A stretch of DNA of 64,000 nt, taken from the NCBI GenBank assembly GCA_013265495.1, contig MU058441.1:310001-374000 (forward strand), written 5' to 3'. Under the pieces are notes generated by a model that saw nothing but the letters and a program-made list of their open reading frames with translations, ran no database searches and had not been told where the DNA came from. Below are positions 44,488-57,870 of the stretch, one piece after another (the first letter of the stretch is position 1; each line of letters begins with the position of its first letter). The translations under genes and the position numbers were made by a program. Source of the stretch: Vicugna vicugna (Eukaryota).

Positions 44488-46944
44488 TTATACAAGTTTT
44501 AGAATATAAGATTGAGCATTTTAATATATCAAGATCTAGAATCCCATCATTCAAAATGATTAAAAAAGTAGGCCATGTAGCATCATGAAAAATATATAAG
44601 ACATAATGCCAGGTAAAAAAAGAAAGCAGAGCGTTTACATGTACAAGTTAGATGCATAGTAAATAAAGACTGGGCGAGAACATGGAAAAAAGTGCAAAGA
44701 GTTGTGTTATAGTAGTAAGGTCTTGAGGTCTTTTTCCCTTTAGATTTTCTTCAATATTGTCAAAATATTTAAAAATCATAATAATTAAAAGGAGTAGACA
44801 AATTTACACCAACAAAATAATACGTGGCCACAGAGAGAAACTGTCATAGACCTAACACTTAGCTTGTAGGAGAAAAAACATCTATTTAGTCAAAGAAATG
44901 TAGACTAAATGAGCCATGGGTTTAAGTCTAATGACAATCTATGTGACCCTAGAGCAACTTTCTTGCCCTTAATATAACAACCCATCCCGACATGATAGTG
45001 CAATGGATTCAATTATCTGTAGGAAAAAATCATATTTCTTCTCACCCTAAGAAGGTCTACTTCCTGTGGCTGTCACACATCCATCCATAAACCTACAAAA
45101 TATTTTTTCTAAACCACTCATCTAGTCCCCTCTCTCCTGTTCAAGTCTCCCACACAGTTATTACTCCAATTACCACCTTCCCCATTTATAAAACCATTTA
45201 CCAAGTATAACATTATCCATTTTTATTCTTTTCCATTTATCTATCATCACCCACTTCTGTTAATTCTCAATTCACAAAATCTTACTGTATTGTCTTTTAC
45301 CTTCATTTTTGTGCTTAGCTTTCCTGGATATATGTTTGGGCATATATTTAAGTATAGGGTATAAGTGTGGCTAAGGTATGCATCAGTGTATAAGTGATTT
45401 GTACAAATGTGTGAAAACGTGTTCATGGATATGTCTGTATGTGTAATGTAGAAGACATTGTTGATTGCCTACCCCAAATCCATTCTATCTTACTTTTTAC
45501 TGACAGAGACCTGATTTTGGTTGGGTATCCAACTCAGGAGTAAATGTGGAATAGTTTCAGTCAATCAGAGTAACCCCATTAACTCTAGGAGTTAACTTAA
45601 GAATGGATATGTGACCCAGTTCTGAACAACTGGCCATAATGGAAGGTCTGCAAGTGAATTCCTGAGAATGTCTTTTCTTCCCCTAGATATTGTCATGTTG
45701 GCGTATGATGATTGAAACTACAGTGGACATCTTGTGGCCTTGGAGCCACCTAAAGTCAGAGGTGTATTATAAAATGCTGAGTTGGAGAGAGTGTCTTTCT
45801 GATCTTAAGTGTTCCTCCCTCCATGACTGAATGACATAAAAATATTCCAAAGAAAATAGCAAAGTTGGAAGGAGAACATATAGTATTTCTAATTATTTAC
45901 GATGATCTTAATACTGTCCCACATGAAAATGTTTGAAAGATTTGGCTCTATTTTTAAGAGCTAAACACAGCAGTAGATATTCATTCTGGTTAAGAGCAAC
46001 ACTGCCCCATAAACATCATAGATCAAGTTCGCTCTCACAAGGCTTGGAAATCTCAGGCTTTATTTGATGTCACAGAGGAACAGGATCTCTATCCCTTACT
46101 GTTAAGCATTTAGTTTGTTTCAAATAATTACCCACACCTGTGTATTTAGCATGCCCCGAATGATCTGTTGATTATACACCAAATTATCAATAATTGAATA
46201 ACTACAAGAACTTTAAATTTTGCTTATATTGTTTGACGACTCACTTTAAAATTAAATTGCTCTTGGTTAAACCATTTGAGAGCTAACAAAAAAGATTTTA
46301 GGTTGTGACAGCAATTTTAATGACTATAGCGTGGTCTGTAAACAATTATGCTACTAGGTCACTCAGGAAAGAGAATGGACTATAGAAAAAAGAGACTGTC
46401 TGAGAGTGCAAGCCTGCATGTTGAAAGTTATCAGGAGGTAAAGATGAACTCATAGCCCAGTAACCGACAGGGCAAGCAAGTGCATGGAAAACAAACACGG
46501 GTCACCAGAGATTCTACTGCAAAGCAGGTGCTAAGAGGGATACTGGGAGAGAATTTTCCATGGGCCTTTTGTGTTTCTGCATGTCTTGTCAGTAAGACAT
46601 GACTGTCTTGGCCGCAGATTATTTTTTCAAGAATGTTTGTACAGTGAGTAGTCTCGGAAGGTAGGAACGGTGTCTCTCTTGGAGCAAAAGCCAGGCTGCT
46701 TACTGCCCATAAAAGATACCAGTTCCCTCAACTCTGTGTTTCTTCCTGGAATGCAGAAAGCTGCTCAATGAAATCGAGGAGATTTGATATAGTTAGAGAC
46801 TGTTGGTGATAGTTTGTTTATTACTTGAAAATTATAAGCCATAATGATAAGCAAAGTAGCTGTATATAGGCTTTAAATTAATTTTCTCAGAGTTTCATCT
46901 AGGACACATTTTGTTTAGTTGTGACAGTGGGAGACATGACTTAC

Positions 46945-47038
46945 CCACAGCATACTTGGCTATAGAACGAGCGGTTGCGTATTTGAGGGAAGGATGCTCA
47001 ATAAGATAAACATAGCAGGGTAATGGAGCCAAAGACAT
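46945..47038 (-). CDS. ASPA: Aspartoacylase exon 3
   Basis: [35 protein letters not shown]; 94 nt. Confidence 0.96.
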
Positions 47039-48532
47039 CTGAAAAGAATTTAAAACATCTTTCTTATTATGTAAAGACCGTATGTCTTGTTGTCTTTGCT
47101 GTTAGAGTCAATGATGCCTTCAATATGTTTCCCTTCATCGACTAAGATTAGTAAGACAGCTTTATGAAACACTCTGAAATCCAATGTTGTTACTATAACT
47201 TTGAAAATACATAATAAATGAATTACATATAAAGCTGGATTCTAAATAGCTTTCTGGATAAAATGTACATTAAACACTTCTCCAGAACTATGAACAGAGA
47301 ATATGAATAAATTCTTCTTCTGAATGGATTTGGTTACTTTGTTTACATCATTGGTTCCATTTACTCTTTAGCTTAGTATTGGTCTCTCAAAGAATTCTGT
47401 GTCTGCCAAAGAATTCTGTGGGCAGGTCTCTACAGATGTTGGGCAACTCCTCCTACCTGAATGAGAATTATCTGAATGAGAATTCAGGACAGGCCTCTCA
47501 GCTTTGATAACAATGGCAGCCATGCTGCTTCCTTGCCTGGCAATCAAAGCATGCAGCTTTCCTTTCAAGGAGCAGCAAAGACTAGCTGCATTATGAACTC
47601 CCACCAGAACAACTATCTGGTTAATGTCAAAAATTCAAGGGAAACAAAAATAATTGTTAATTTTTTACTATGAGCTAGGCATTCAGCTAAATGCTTTAAT
47701 TATTTTATCTCATTTAAGGCTTAGAACAGCCAGATAGGGTAAGTGTTATTATTGTGCCAATTTTATAAAACGAGGAAAGTCAGGTTTTGGAAGTTGAGTA
47801 TCTTGTTCCAGGATAGTGAATGAGAGAGCCAGGATTAGAACCCAGGCACTCCTGGGTATATGGGTCACACTCTTTCTACTAAATCATACTGGTTCATACC
47901 AGCTCTCTGGAAGGAAGGCTGTCCATTATACAGAAATAAGCATACAGTTTATTATTTGTGTATTTGCTTGGTTGCTATTTTCTAGCAATTTTTCTCTAGT
48001 TATAGGCACTGGATTGCTGAATTTTTCATATTGTAGATTTCTGAGCTTTAGAGCGATTAGCTAGATGAAGTACTGAAAGATCAGATGTGTGTGAGGGTAT
48101 CTGAATCAAATGGAGACAGGGGCAGGGCTAAGGAGAGCCAATCCTTCTATCATTGGTCTTTAGTCAACATTAAATGACTATTTTTTGAGCTTCCTAATAC
48201 TATAATTGAGCCACTTTAACCAGATCACTTAAAAGTTTGGTATTAATTTTACCAAAGGGCCTATGGTTTGGTGGCTGTCTCAATAAAAGATTTATAATTT
48301 TATAGACACAAGGATTCATATGTTTCATTATCTTATTCATTGTAATTATTATTTCACTCATTTCTTCCCCTTTTCTCCTGCCTGTCACTACTACCTTCAT
48401 TCTAGTGCTTCTCCCAATCCCCCATTTCTTTTGAATCCTCCCTCCTGACCCTTTTCTAGTTGTTTCACATCTATAATTGACTGAAAAGTACAGGTCCTAG
48501 GCTAACTTGTAAATTAATAACATTGACATTAC

Positions 48533-48728
48533 CTTAATATAATGAAACATCTGAATTAAAAAGTCATTCCTGGAATCTTCAAGAATAAGAGTGCACCCCA
48601 TGTTAGAAGTAGTGTTGTGAAGGTCAAAAATAATGTCATAGGAATCTTCACTATCTTTTGGACCAAATAAATGATTTATTTCTTGAGCCCTTCTCACTTC
48701 ATATGGCAAATCCTCTGACATTTTTTTG
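48533..48728 (-). CDS. ASPA: Aspartoacylase exon 2
   Basis: [65 protein letters not shown], including the DLH zinc ligand; AG/GT; 196 nt. Confidence 0.96.
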
Positions 48729-51700
48729 CTGTTATTAGCAGAAAGAAAAAGATTAACAACATCTGTGGCTAAGGTAACATAAACATACAATAAGAACACA
48801 GTATAGAAGGAACCATTTGCCAAACCTTTAATATGAAAAATCTGTGAAGAAAGTGGAAATTAGCTTGAAAACTTTACAAATGAAAAATTACATTTCCCCC
48901 CCTCCATTCGATTCCATGTAATGTTGCACTGACATGCTTACAAAGAATACTTCATTTATGTGGCTGGTCACAAGAAAGACATTTCAAATAGAATTTACCA
49001 TCTGACTTCAACCCTGAACAAAGTTCATCCACTAATTTTATCACCAGTGTCTTAGTAGTTCAGTGCACTGAGCTATTATGGAACTAGACCACCAAATGCA
49101 CTATTTTGGGGGAGGGGCTCTAGCTAGTTCTAGTGCACAAAAACAGTCAAACTTAGGAAATCACATCATCTAATTAGGAATTCTTAAGTGATGCCAGGAA
49201 CCACTAAAGATCCAGGGTCAAGCTTTACAGAGAAGAGTCTGTAAACCCTGCGAAAATGCAAAATTTTACAGGTATATGTACTTATGCATTTTTCTGGGAT
49301 AGAGTTGATAGCTTTTACTGAATTACCAAGTAAGTCTCTACCTGACTAGCCACCTCCCACAGTAGTTATGATAAATTTTTTTTAAATGTACATGATCATT
49401 TAAATTTACTTTTCCTCATTAAAGCATTCAATCACATTTCTCTATAATTTGATTTCTTTCTAGTCTCTGGCAATTTTTGCTAATATCTTCAAAGGACCTA
49501 TATTTGCACCTGAGTAATTCCTGCCTGGAAAGCAATCAACAAAGTGGAACAGCCATTTTTCAACTATGAAGCAAAAGCAATGAGGACAAAAGCTGCATAT
49601 TAAGGCTAGTGCAGAGGGAAGATAGGATGACATCACTGTGCACTGTACCAGCCCTGGACTGCCTACCTTGGACTTATTACTCGTGAAAAAGAAACCCTTA
49701 TTTGTTTAAGCCACTGTTTTCAGATTTATATTATGTGCAACCAAACATATCCTAATGAATATATATGTACTTTAAAAGTTAAATCATGCAACAACTCCAT
49801 GAGTACCCCCCTTCACCCCAACTGATTTGCTCCTCATTCTCCCCCATGTGAATAAATGGCACCACCAGTCACACAGTTGCTCATAGTCAAGGCTTGAATT
49901 CTTAAAAGATAATAGACACTGAGTTCTCATGCCTGGAATCCAGGTCCCGTAGCAAGAATCCTAAGGGATGGAGTGGACCGAATAGGCAGGGAGAAGATCC
50001 TAAAGGGGATGGCAGCCCTACTAAGTGACAAATCTATTCTGGATAGGAGCCTTTTGAAGAATTTTTAGCATGGGAAAGACATGACAAGATTAGGATGACC
50101 CCTATGGCTACTACTATACAGACAACAGATGTAGGCAGGATTGGAGTAAGGCTGGATGCACAAAGATTCCTTAGGAGGGTACTTTAACCGTCCACAGAAG
50201 AAATAAACTAAGGCTATGAAAACGGAGAGGAAGACTGGATTTGCAAAATACTTGCAATTTTTCAATACTTGAATAATTGGGAAGACGAGTAACCCACTAG
50301 ACGTAGGGGATAAAGAACTGGGAAGGTTGTAAGATGATCTCTATAGGTGATTTGGTGAGTAATAGTGACATCACTGAGAATTTAGGAGAATTTACGAAAA
50401 GCGGCAAAATTTGGGAGAGGGAGGATGGGAGGAGGTAATTAATTAATTGATCTCCTAAGATGCCATAACCAGCCTGAGAGATAACTGTCTAGCCTCTGAT
50501 AAGTGTTGAATGTAAGAAGTAGGAAGTGAATTTAATTTAAGAGACTGCTCTCACTGAAGTGCATGCTACTGAGTGGTCATAATAAGAAAACTCATTCTAA
50601 TCTATATTAGAGTTATTTGGGAAGTTAACAGGCCAACCAAAAGTTATTCTTCAGCAAATCCTTACTTGTAATATAAGTGTTAGTTAATAGCTGTTTTAGG
50701 TGGACAGATAAAACTTAATTTTCTCGACATAATCTCAGTCAAGATAAAGCACTTTTGAAATTAAAACTTATGTTAGTAAAAATACAGTTTGATAGGCAAG
50801 GTATGACTACTGTATAACTGCCCTGGAAAACATCTATTCCATAAAGTGAGGCACATTTGTATAAATGCAGCAACCATCTTTTGAACTGTGATAAGATTAA
50901 ATTTAAGTAACTCTTTAAATTCAAATTAAGGCTTAATAGAAAATGAGTCCATAAAGCAGTGCAGTGTTATTTGTCTGTGTGCATGACATATCTTAGCTTG
51001 TAGTCCGCTAGCTCCTTGAGGGTAGAAACCATTTTGTACACAGCTTTGTACTCCTATAGTACCTGGCACAGAGCCCTGTGAAGAGGAGGTGTTTAATAAT
51101 ATTTTGAGGCACATGAAAGAAAGAAGTGGTGAAGAGCAAATACTTAGAGGCCTGTAAATCTACATAGCAGCTATGACGTAAACAAAGGCAGAAATAATTC
51201 ATAAGGACTTCCCTACAGTGTTACGATTGCATATCTTGTATGCAATATGTCATAAATCAGCTGTAATTTAAATTCAGAAAATTCAGGTCTCAGTGATCCA
51301 CACTGAAGATAGTACACCGACTCTTCAGATCACAGAGTAGTCTACTATTTTCTGATGATGGGCATTTATTCACTCTTTCACTACACAAATATTAATTGAA
51401 ATATTACACTTTTCTTAACTAGAACTTTCTGCATTACCATAAACATAGTTGCAAAAAATATAGTAATGAATCACCTAGAAAGCTAACAAATATGTACCCA
51501 AGCATAGTGGCCAAACATTAATTCAATGTAAAAGACTATCAAATCTGTTTCTTAAAAGATAAGGTTTAAAAATAAAAACCTGTGTTATTTGTTGTCTCAG
51601 TCTATAGAATACATTTAAAAAGAAAATCAGTTAAGAACATTCCGATGTTTAAAAAAGTTTATAAAAGAGCACATGAATGCCCAGTTTAGATAACTGAGTA

Positions 51701-51883
51701 ATTCGTAATGGAGTATGATTAAAAGTGAAAGTGACCATTCACAACAGCTACTATACATACAAACATGAGTATCATCTACATACACAAATACATACATATG
51801 TGCTCTCACACATACTGCTTTTCAGACACACACATACACACACGTGTGCGTGTACACACACACAACACAAAATAGAGTCTTAC

Positions 51884-52119
51884 CCAAGATTTTCAGGATC
51901 AAAAACTCGATTCAGGTCACAGTCAACATATCTGGTGCACCTCTTCACAGCTCTTGGGTTGGTAATAAATGGTTTTACCTCCAGCCCCGTTCTCTGAATC
52001 TCAGTGCCGTTCTCCAGCCAGTGCTTAACTAGAAATACTCCTGTTAGCTCATTCCCATGAGTTCCTCCAAAGATAGCAACCTTTTTTATAGGATCGCCAG
52101 CACCGTGACAAGAAGTCAT
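51884..52119 (-). CDS. ASPA: Aspartoacylase first coding exon
   Basis: [27 protein letters not shown]...[14 protein letters not shown] with HGNE zinc motif and DLNR motif; GT donor; 236 nt; all six exons sum to 942 nt. Confidence 0.97.
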
Positions 52120-52300
52120 TTTATCGAGTAGTAGTTTTATCTGATTTCTGCAACTCAAAAAGGAGAAGATCAAAGAAAACTGAATTTCTTATGCAGTTGA
52201 GGAATTTAAATATAAATGAGACCTTTAACCAAAGTGCAAAGCACAGGGTTCTCTTGAGTGGAGTGTATTTTGATTTTCTGTTACAAGTTCTGAGCCCTGT

Positions 52301-52308
52301 TTATTATA
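52301..52308 (-). promoter_or_regulatory. TATA-like element of a proximal ASPA promoter
   Basis: TATAATAA on the minus strand ~185 nt upstream of the ATG; position plausible, function unproven. Confidence 0.35.
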
Positions 52309-55300
52309 GGGACACTCCCTTCTGTAGCCCTGCCCTTTACCTTATTTGGATTAAAATATGCAGAGATCAACTAGAGATACAGCTGTTTACTTTAACTTCT
52401 AACTCCCTCAAATGGTGGGTAGATCTAAATGCAATCATAAATTAGCATCTCATACTAATGCAAAACTTCTGTTTTCTCTTTAGCTAAAATGTCATCTAAT
52501 GGTGCTTTCAGGACTCTTTGTAAGTAATAAAAATAGGTTTTACTTTTCTTATGCTGAAAAATATGAAAATAAAGAAGTGGCCCACAATATGCATGTTACT
52601 ATTCAATATTTATATTTCCACTTGCATTTAAACCATTTCTCCTCTGAAATGAGTCCAGGCCCTTTTTATCATCAGAGGGCATTTGAATTTCATCTCCATA
52701 AACAGCCAAAGGCAGATTCTCAGAGACCTCCTCCGGGATCAGCATCCTTTCTTTCAGAATGCTTTTTCATGATCAGAGACACAAGAACCAAATCAATGAC
52801 CACTGGGACTTAAAAAGCTACTTTGAAATATACTTGAATTTCTTCCTCGTGAAGTTATTGGTAACGCTGTGCTGACTTCCTTAGGGATCTTCCTCACTTT
52901 TTGCGTCAATAGTAAACCAAAAACAACTGTTAAGTAATTTTCAAGACTTTGTAATGTCTGAAAATGTCTTGGGGCATGCTACATACATTCACCAGATCAT
53001 ACGAGTTTATATGGACACAGCCTAATTCACTGGCAGCAGACTCTCCACTGGAATGTGTTACTCAGGATGGGGGTCTAATGAGGGAAAACTATCCAGAAAA
53101 CTGTACTAAGATGGTTACATCCCTTTGGAGAAATGACTCTGAGCCAAATCTGATTTGATTTCATGCTCAACCACCCAGAAAGTCAAATATGTTCAAGTTC
53201 GAAAATACCATGTGCTAGTAATGGGAGATTGAAATGGGTACAACAGGAGCAACTCATTATAACTGCAGAGAAGTTTAATTTATAATGTTTTTCTGCAGAT
53301 GTCATCTCAGCTTATTCATATATCCACTCTATGAGATAGGCTGGTTTAAGTATTGACATCCCCATTGCAGCGGTAAAGGAAAAAGAGGTTAAGTAACTTG
53401 GTCAAAGTTTCTGAGCTTCCAGAAGAAAACTAGGCCTGGGATCAGGTTTTCTCAATCTAAGTCCAGTGTTTTTCACAGAACAGTAGGGTGCTCCCTGTTA
53501 TTTTTGGCTTGCGTCAAAGTTCTAATTTTGCTCTTTCCGAATTCACAAAAAACAGTCATCACAGTGTGCTCAGGAAACAAACAAGCTTACAAACAAAACA
53601 CATGATGGAAATATAAAATGTGGATGCTTCAAAATATTTAAGAAACCAACACCTATGTTCTTCCCTTAAGAGATTATAATGCAGAGATAAAGGAAGTAAA
53701 ATAATACAGTCAAAGTTTACACATTAAAATGACCGTTCTAACTTCAGAAGAAGTCCCTGTAGCCTTTGCTTTCCTACCCACAGACGCTGAATGTCTCAGT
53801 CTAGAGATGCCAAAAACAAACATAAACAGATGATAGTTGTTTAGTTACTTTGGTTTTAAAAGCAGTAACTACGGTGAATTATTAACACTCAACTGTTTTG
53901 TCCCTTTTCTGCCAGTTTGTGGTTAGTTCTGCTCTTTGCCCTAGTCTCGCTGGAAATGCTGCTTCAGCTATGTCCTCGTAGCTGGCACAAATGACTTGCA
54001 TTTCAAGGCTTGTTTTATGGAATGTTAACACATCAGCACTTTGAAGCACATCTAACATTCATAAACAGTTTCCCTTACACGTCAAAAAGAATAACTTTTT
54101 GGAGAGTTAATGAATTGTAGTAATTCTGTCTTAACATACCTTGTTTATTGTGTACAGAGTTGGTCTTCTGCGGAAAGCTTTATTAGAAAAAAAAGGAGAG
54201 CATTTCCTTAGAACTAGAGCAACAGAGGCTTTTCATACTCTTATACCACGTTAACTTCCAAAAGATTTTTAACTCCCTGTTACCCAAAGCACACTAAATT
54301 TTTGAGCCCTACAAAAACTACAAGTTTTTATTAGTCTAGTTCTGATAGTATACAAAGTGGGACCCTCTCTGGTTGTCACTATCTCATTCTTAGGTTGAAT
54401 ATTTAATGTTTTGAAGTACTTAAAAAATTAAGCCTAATAACTTCAGCACTTCAAATATTTTCTGGGGAGAACGGTGCCTGATTTATTAGTAAAATAATGT
54501 AGTTTGAAACAAAAGGAGAATAAATTTTTCACAGTCATGGCTGTCCAACAGATTTTGTAGGAGACAAATTTAAGGTGCAGTCGTTTCCAAATCAGTTTGA
54601 TTGGGGGATAAAAAATGTCTTCTCTCCAATATTAAGCATAAGGTGTCTCATACATAATGTGGTTGTCCAGCAGTCATGTAAGCAAACTACTCTAATCATT
54701 TTTTTCTTCTCCTGTGTCTCTATTGCTGTCATTCATCCTGACCAACTTTCCAGGTGGAAATACATAAATGATAACTGGAACAAGATAGGGATTGAATAGA
54801 CAAGTTTATAAACTGCTAGCGAAGACTCCAGGCTGCTTATGTCTGCAGTCCTAACAGATTTAGCACAGGATGTTGCTCATAGTGGGTTTAAAGTTTTTCT
54901 CTTTCAATGAGAAATCTACTTTGAAGGGTAGATGGGTATTGTGTACATGTGTATGTATGTATGTACATATACATTAGGTCAAAATCTGCTTCCCTGAGCT
55001 TTGCTCATTAAAAAAAATCTCTCTGGAACCATGAAGACTAATAAATCTTATCAGAATTTTATTGTGTGAAGTTTTGTGTTTTCCAAATTAAATGAAAACC
55101 TTAGTCCTTGAAACTTACTCCTTAATTTGGCATTCAAGGTCTCCTATTATCTGGTCTCAATCTACCTCTGATCTATCTCCTAACATTCTCCTTTATTTGA
55201 CCTAATCTTCAACGAAACTACCAGTATGTCTCATGGTCTAACAGTCTGAGGCCTTTACTAACAACCTTCCCTTCATCTCTGGGTCCCTCTGCACCTCTTC

Positions 55301-55589
55301 CCTTCTCCTATTCCTCTTCAAACCGTCAGAAGACAGGGTAACAACAAAATATGATCCTTGAATCCAGACAACTACTATTATTAAATAAGGGCTAACATTT
55401 ACTGAACATTTACTATGTGCCAGAACTGTTCATTTTCTCTTTTAATAACTTTCGGGCGATTAAGTCAATTTTATTGTTGCTATTTTACTGAGGAAGGAAA
55501 TGCAGGTTTACAAGGGGTAAGCAACTTGCTAGAGGTAAAAGGATCATGGAGGGTCAGTCCAGCAGCTGAGGGCCAGAGCCCGGAGTCAC

Positions 55590-56532
55590 TGCCCCTCCCC
55601 TCCCCTCCCCGGGGTCCTGGGTCTCTGCGGCGCGTGCTTTCCCTCCCCGGAGCCCCAGCATCACTGGCCCTGCCCTCCCGACCGCGCTCGGCGTTGCGGG
55701 GCCGGCATCTAAACCCAGGCCTCAGCTCTCCTGGCCTCCGGACGCCTCCAGTGCCCCGTCTGCTTGACCTCACGCAGAAACTCAGCCTAACCAAGCAAGA
55801 CCCCCATGACCTGGCTCTGAGGCCTGTGGCCTTTGAGCCATTCTCTTCTATGCACACTGCGGGTTGCCACCAGCCACTTACAAATGCATATCTAGAACCT
55901 AAGAAATGACCTTGGGGCGCAGGAACGCGGTTGGCGGACTAGCCCTGGGCCCAATTTTCGGACGAAGCTGGGGTGGAGTCCGAGAGGGCCCCACAGGTGA
56001 CGAGAACAGGCTTGTCCCTCTCTGGGCAAAACTCCAAAGAGGTAGAGCCATCCCTGCGCCCCGTACTTCACAGTGTGTGAACGCATGGGGAGGCGCGTTC
56101 ACGTTTCTGTGCCGGGAAGAGGGGGCAGGCATCTCTTCCCCTCGGTCCACAGAAGGTACGACGCCACCTCGCTGTTCACCGGTCAGCGGCCCTGTGCCTG
56201 CGCAGCCGGAGGCGTGGGCGGAGCGCGCATGCGTACGGTGTGATTCCCGCGCTTTTTCGGAGGCGGGAAGGCAGCGTGGGTTGCTGTTGGCCTGACGGAG
56301 CGACGGTTGACGGAGACGAGAAACCTGACGGTTACAGTTGCGTGTCGGGTTGGCAGGAGGGCCAAGAAGGGAAAGAATCTGTGTAGACCTTAGTTACTAA
56401 CCTGCCTCGAGCCCGGGGTCAGGAGAAATCTTTGGAAGAGAACCGGAGCCCTGACTGGAGGTTTTCCCACAAGGGGCTGAAGTGGGCCCCGTGGCCTCCA
56501 TCTGAGGCAACGGTCTGGGGGGGCGGGGGGCG

Positions 56533-56535
<3 letters not shown>
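55590..56535 (+). promoter_or_regulatory. CpG-island promoter and probable non-coding first exon of SPATA22
   Basis: Abrupt GC- and CpG-rich block in AT-rich DNA, ~1.3-2.2 kb upstream of the SPATA22 ATG; NRF1-, E2F- and MYB-type motifs at 56225-56340. Confidence 0.8.

Positions 56536-56566
<31 letters not shown>
56534..56566. repeat. (TG)16 microsatellite
   Basis: Perfect dinucleotide run at the 3' edge of the CpG island. Confidence 0.95.
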
Positions 56567-56568
<2 letters not shown>

Positions 56569-57827
56569 GAATCGGAGAGAAAGGACGGATCAGAGACGGC
56601 TGAATGGCAGAGTCAGATTTATTTCGAGAAACTTGCAGTGAGCAAACTTTCTGCACACTGACGCCGCCACCCGTGTTAATGCGATTAGGGTCCAGTCAGA
56701 AGCCGAAGCAGAGAGGGCAGCTCAGGGTCCCCGCCCCACCAGGGTCAGGGGTCCAGGGGAGGATGCGGCATTTTTATTTGCCTGAGACTCAAAAACGTAC
56801 TAACAGCTCTCAGCCGCCTCTAGGTTCAGGATGTGAGCTGCGTTGGTGTTTCTGGGCTAAGAAAAGGTGGCCCGACCTCTGCTTTGGTTCCTAGAATGGC
56901 ATCAAGAATATTTTCAAAAGAGACTGCTGTATCCATCAAGGCCAAGACCTGGAAACAAAACAGAGGAAATCCCTGACCTCATGATTCCCAAGTTTTATTT
57001 CTAGAAACAATATTTAGAAATTAGTATTTACCTCAGTATGATCTGCATTATTACTCAGTGGTGGTCATGTCTGTTTGTCTCATGGAGCAGTGAACCTGGG
57101 AGCAGAAGTGATCTTACCTTTTCACACAACAGGTGAGTGCTGAATTTAATTGGAGTTAGACTATAAGAGACTAAACATGGAGAAAATTACGGCAGAAATT
57201 CTGTGGTAAAAGGAAAAAAAACAGAAAAAATCTTGTTTCACTTGTTAAAGTTACAGAAGCTGTGGAAACTAATCATTACAATTATTCTGCATATTAAGTG
57301 TGGCCTTAGGCTTTGGTATTGTATAATCCTGGGATCTCAAACTAATGGCCAAAGCAGATGATCTGCACAGTGTTCTACAGTGAGACACAGGACACATTCT
57401 TAATTGGCTTTCAACTGTATGTGTTTCCTCCCTGGCCTTGTTTGTTTGCCAGTTTGTAGTCCATTTTCCAGAATTGTTCTCATTGTGGGTCCTTGATTCT
57501 GAAATAAATTCCGTAGACTCTGTGAAAATCCACATATGTTTAGGAGGCAAGCTTATAGCCACACTGGTCTTATTTCCAACAGATTTGGAAAAATGGGTTA
57601 TGTTGTAAATTCTTATTCAGAAAGCAAGAGACTATAGCGTGTTTACATTATTAAGTCTGAAACCATAGTTTTCATCCATAATTTCAGGAACTTCCAGGCT
57701 GAGAATTTGGTTTTCTCATTGATAGCACATGAGTTACAAATTTCTCTCCTTGAAGGTTTAGCCGAATAACTTCATGTTGTAAGGTTGAAGTGCAAAGAAA
57801 GAGTTATCGACTTTGATATTGAAGGAA

Positions 57828-57870
57828 ATGAAGAGAAACCTAAATGAAAATTCAACTCGAAGTACAGCAG
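57828..57870 (+). CDS. SPATA22: SPATA22 first coding exon (exon probably starts at 57756)
   Basis: MKRNLNENSTRSTA(G); cag/gtatt donor; 43 coding nt. Confidence 0.92.

Noticed and set aside
55415..56894. Overlapping 60-164 aa ORFs between ASPA and SPATA22
   Set aside because: Expected from stop-codon scarcity in a CpG island; Pro/Arg/Gly-rich with no recognisable family
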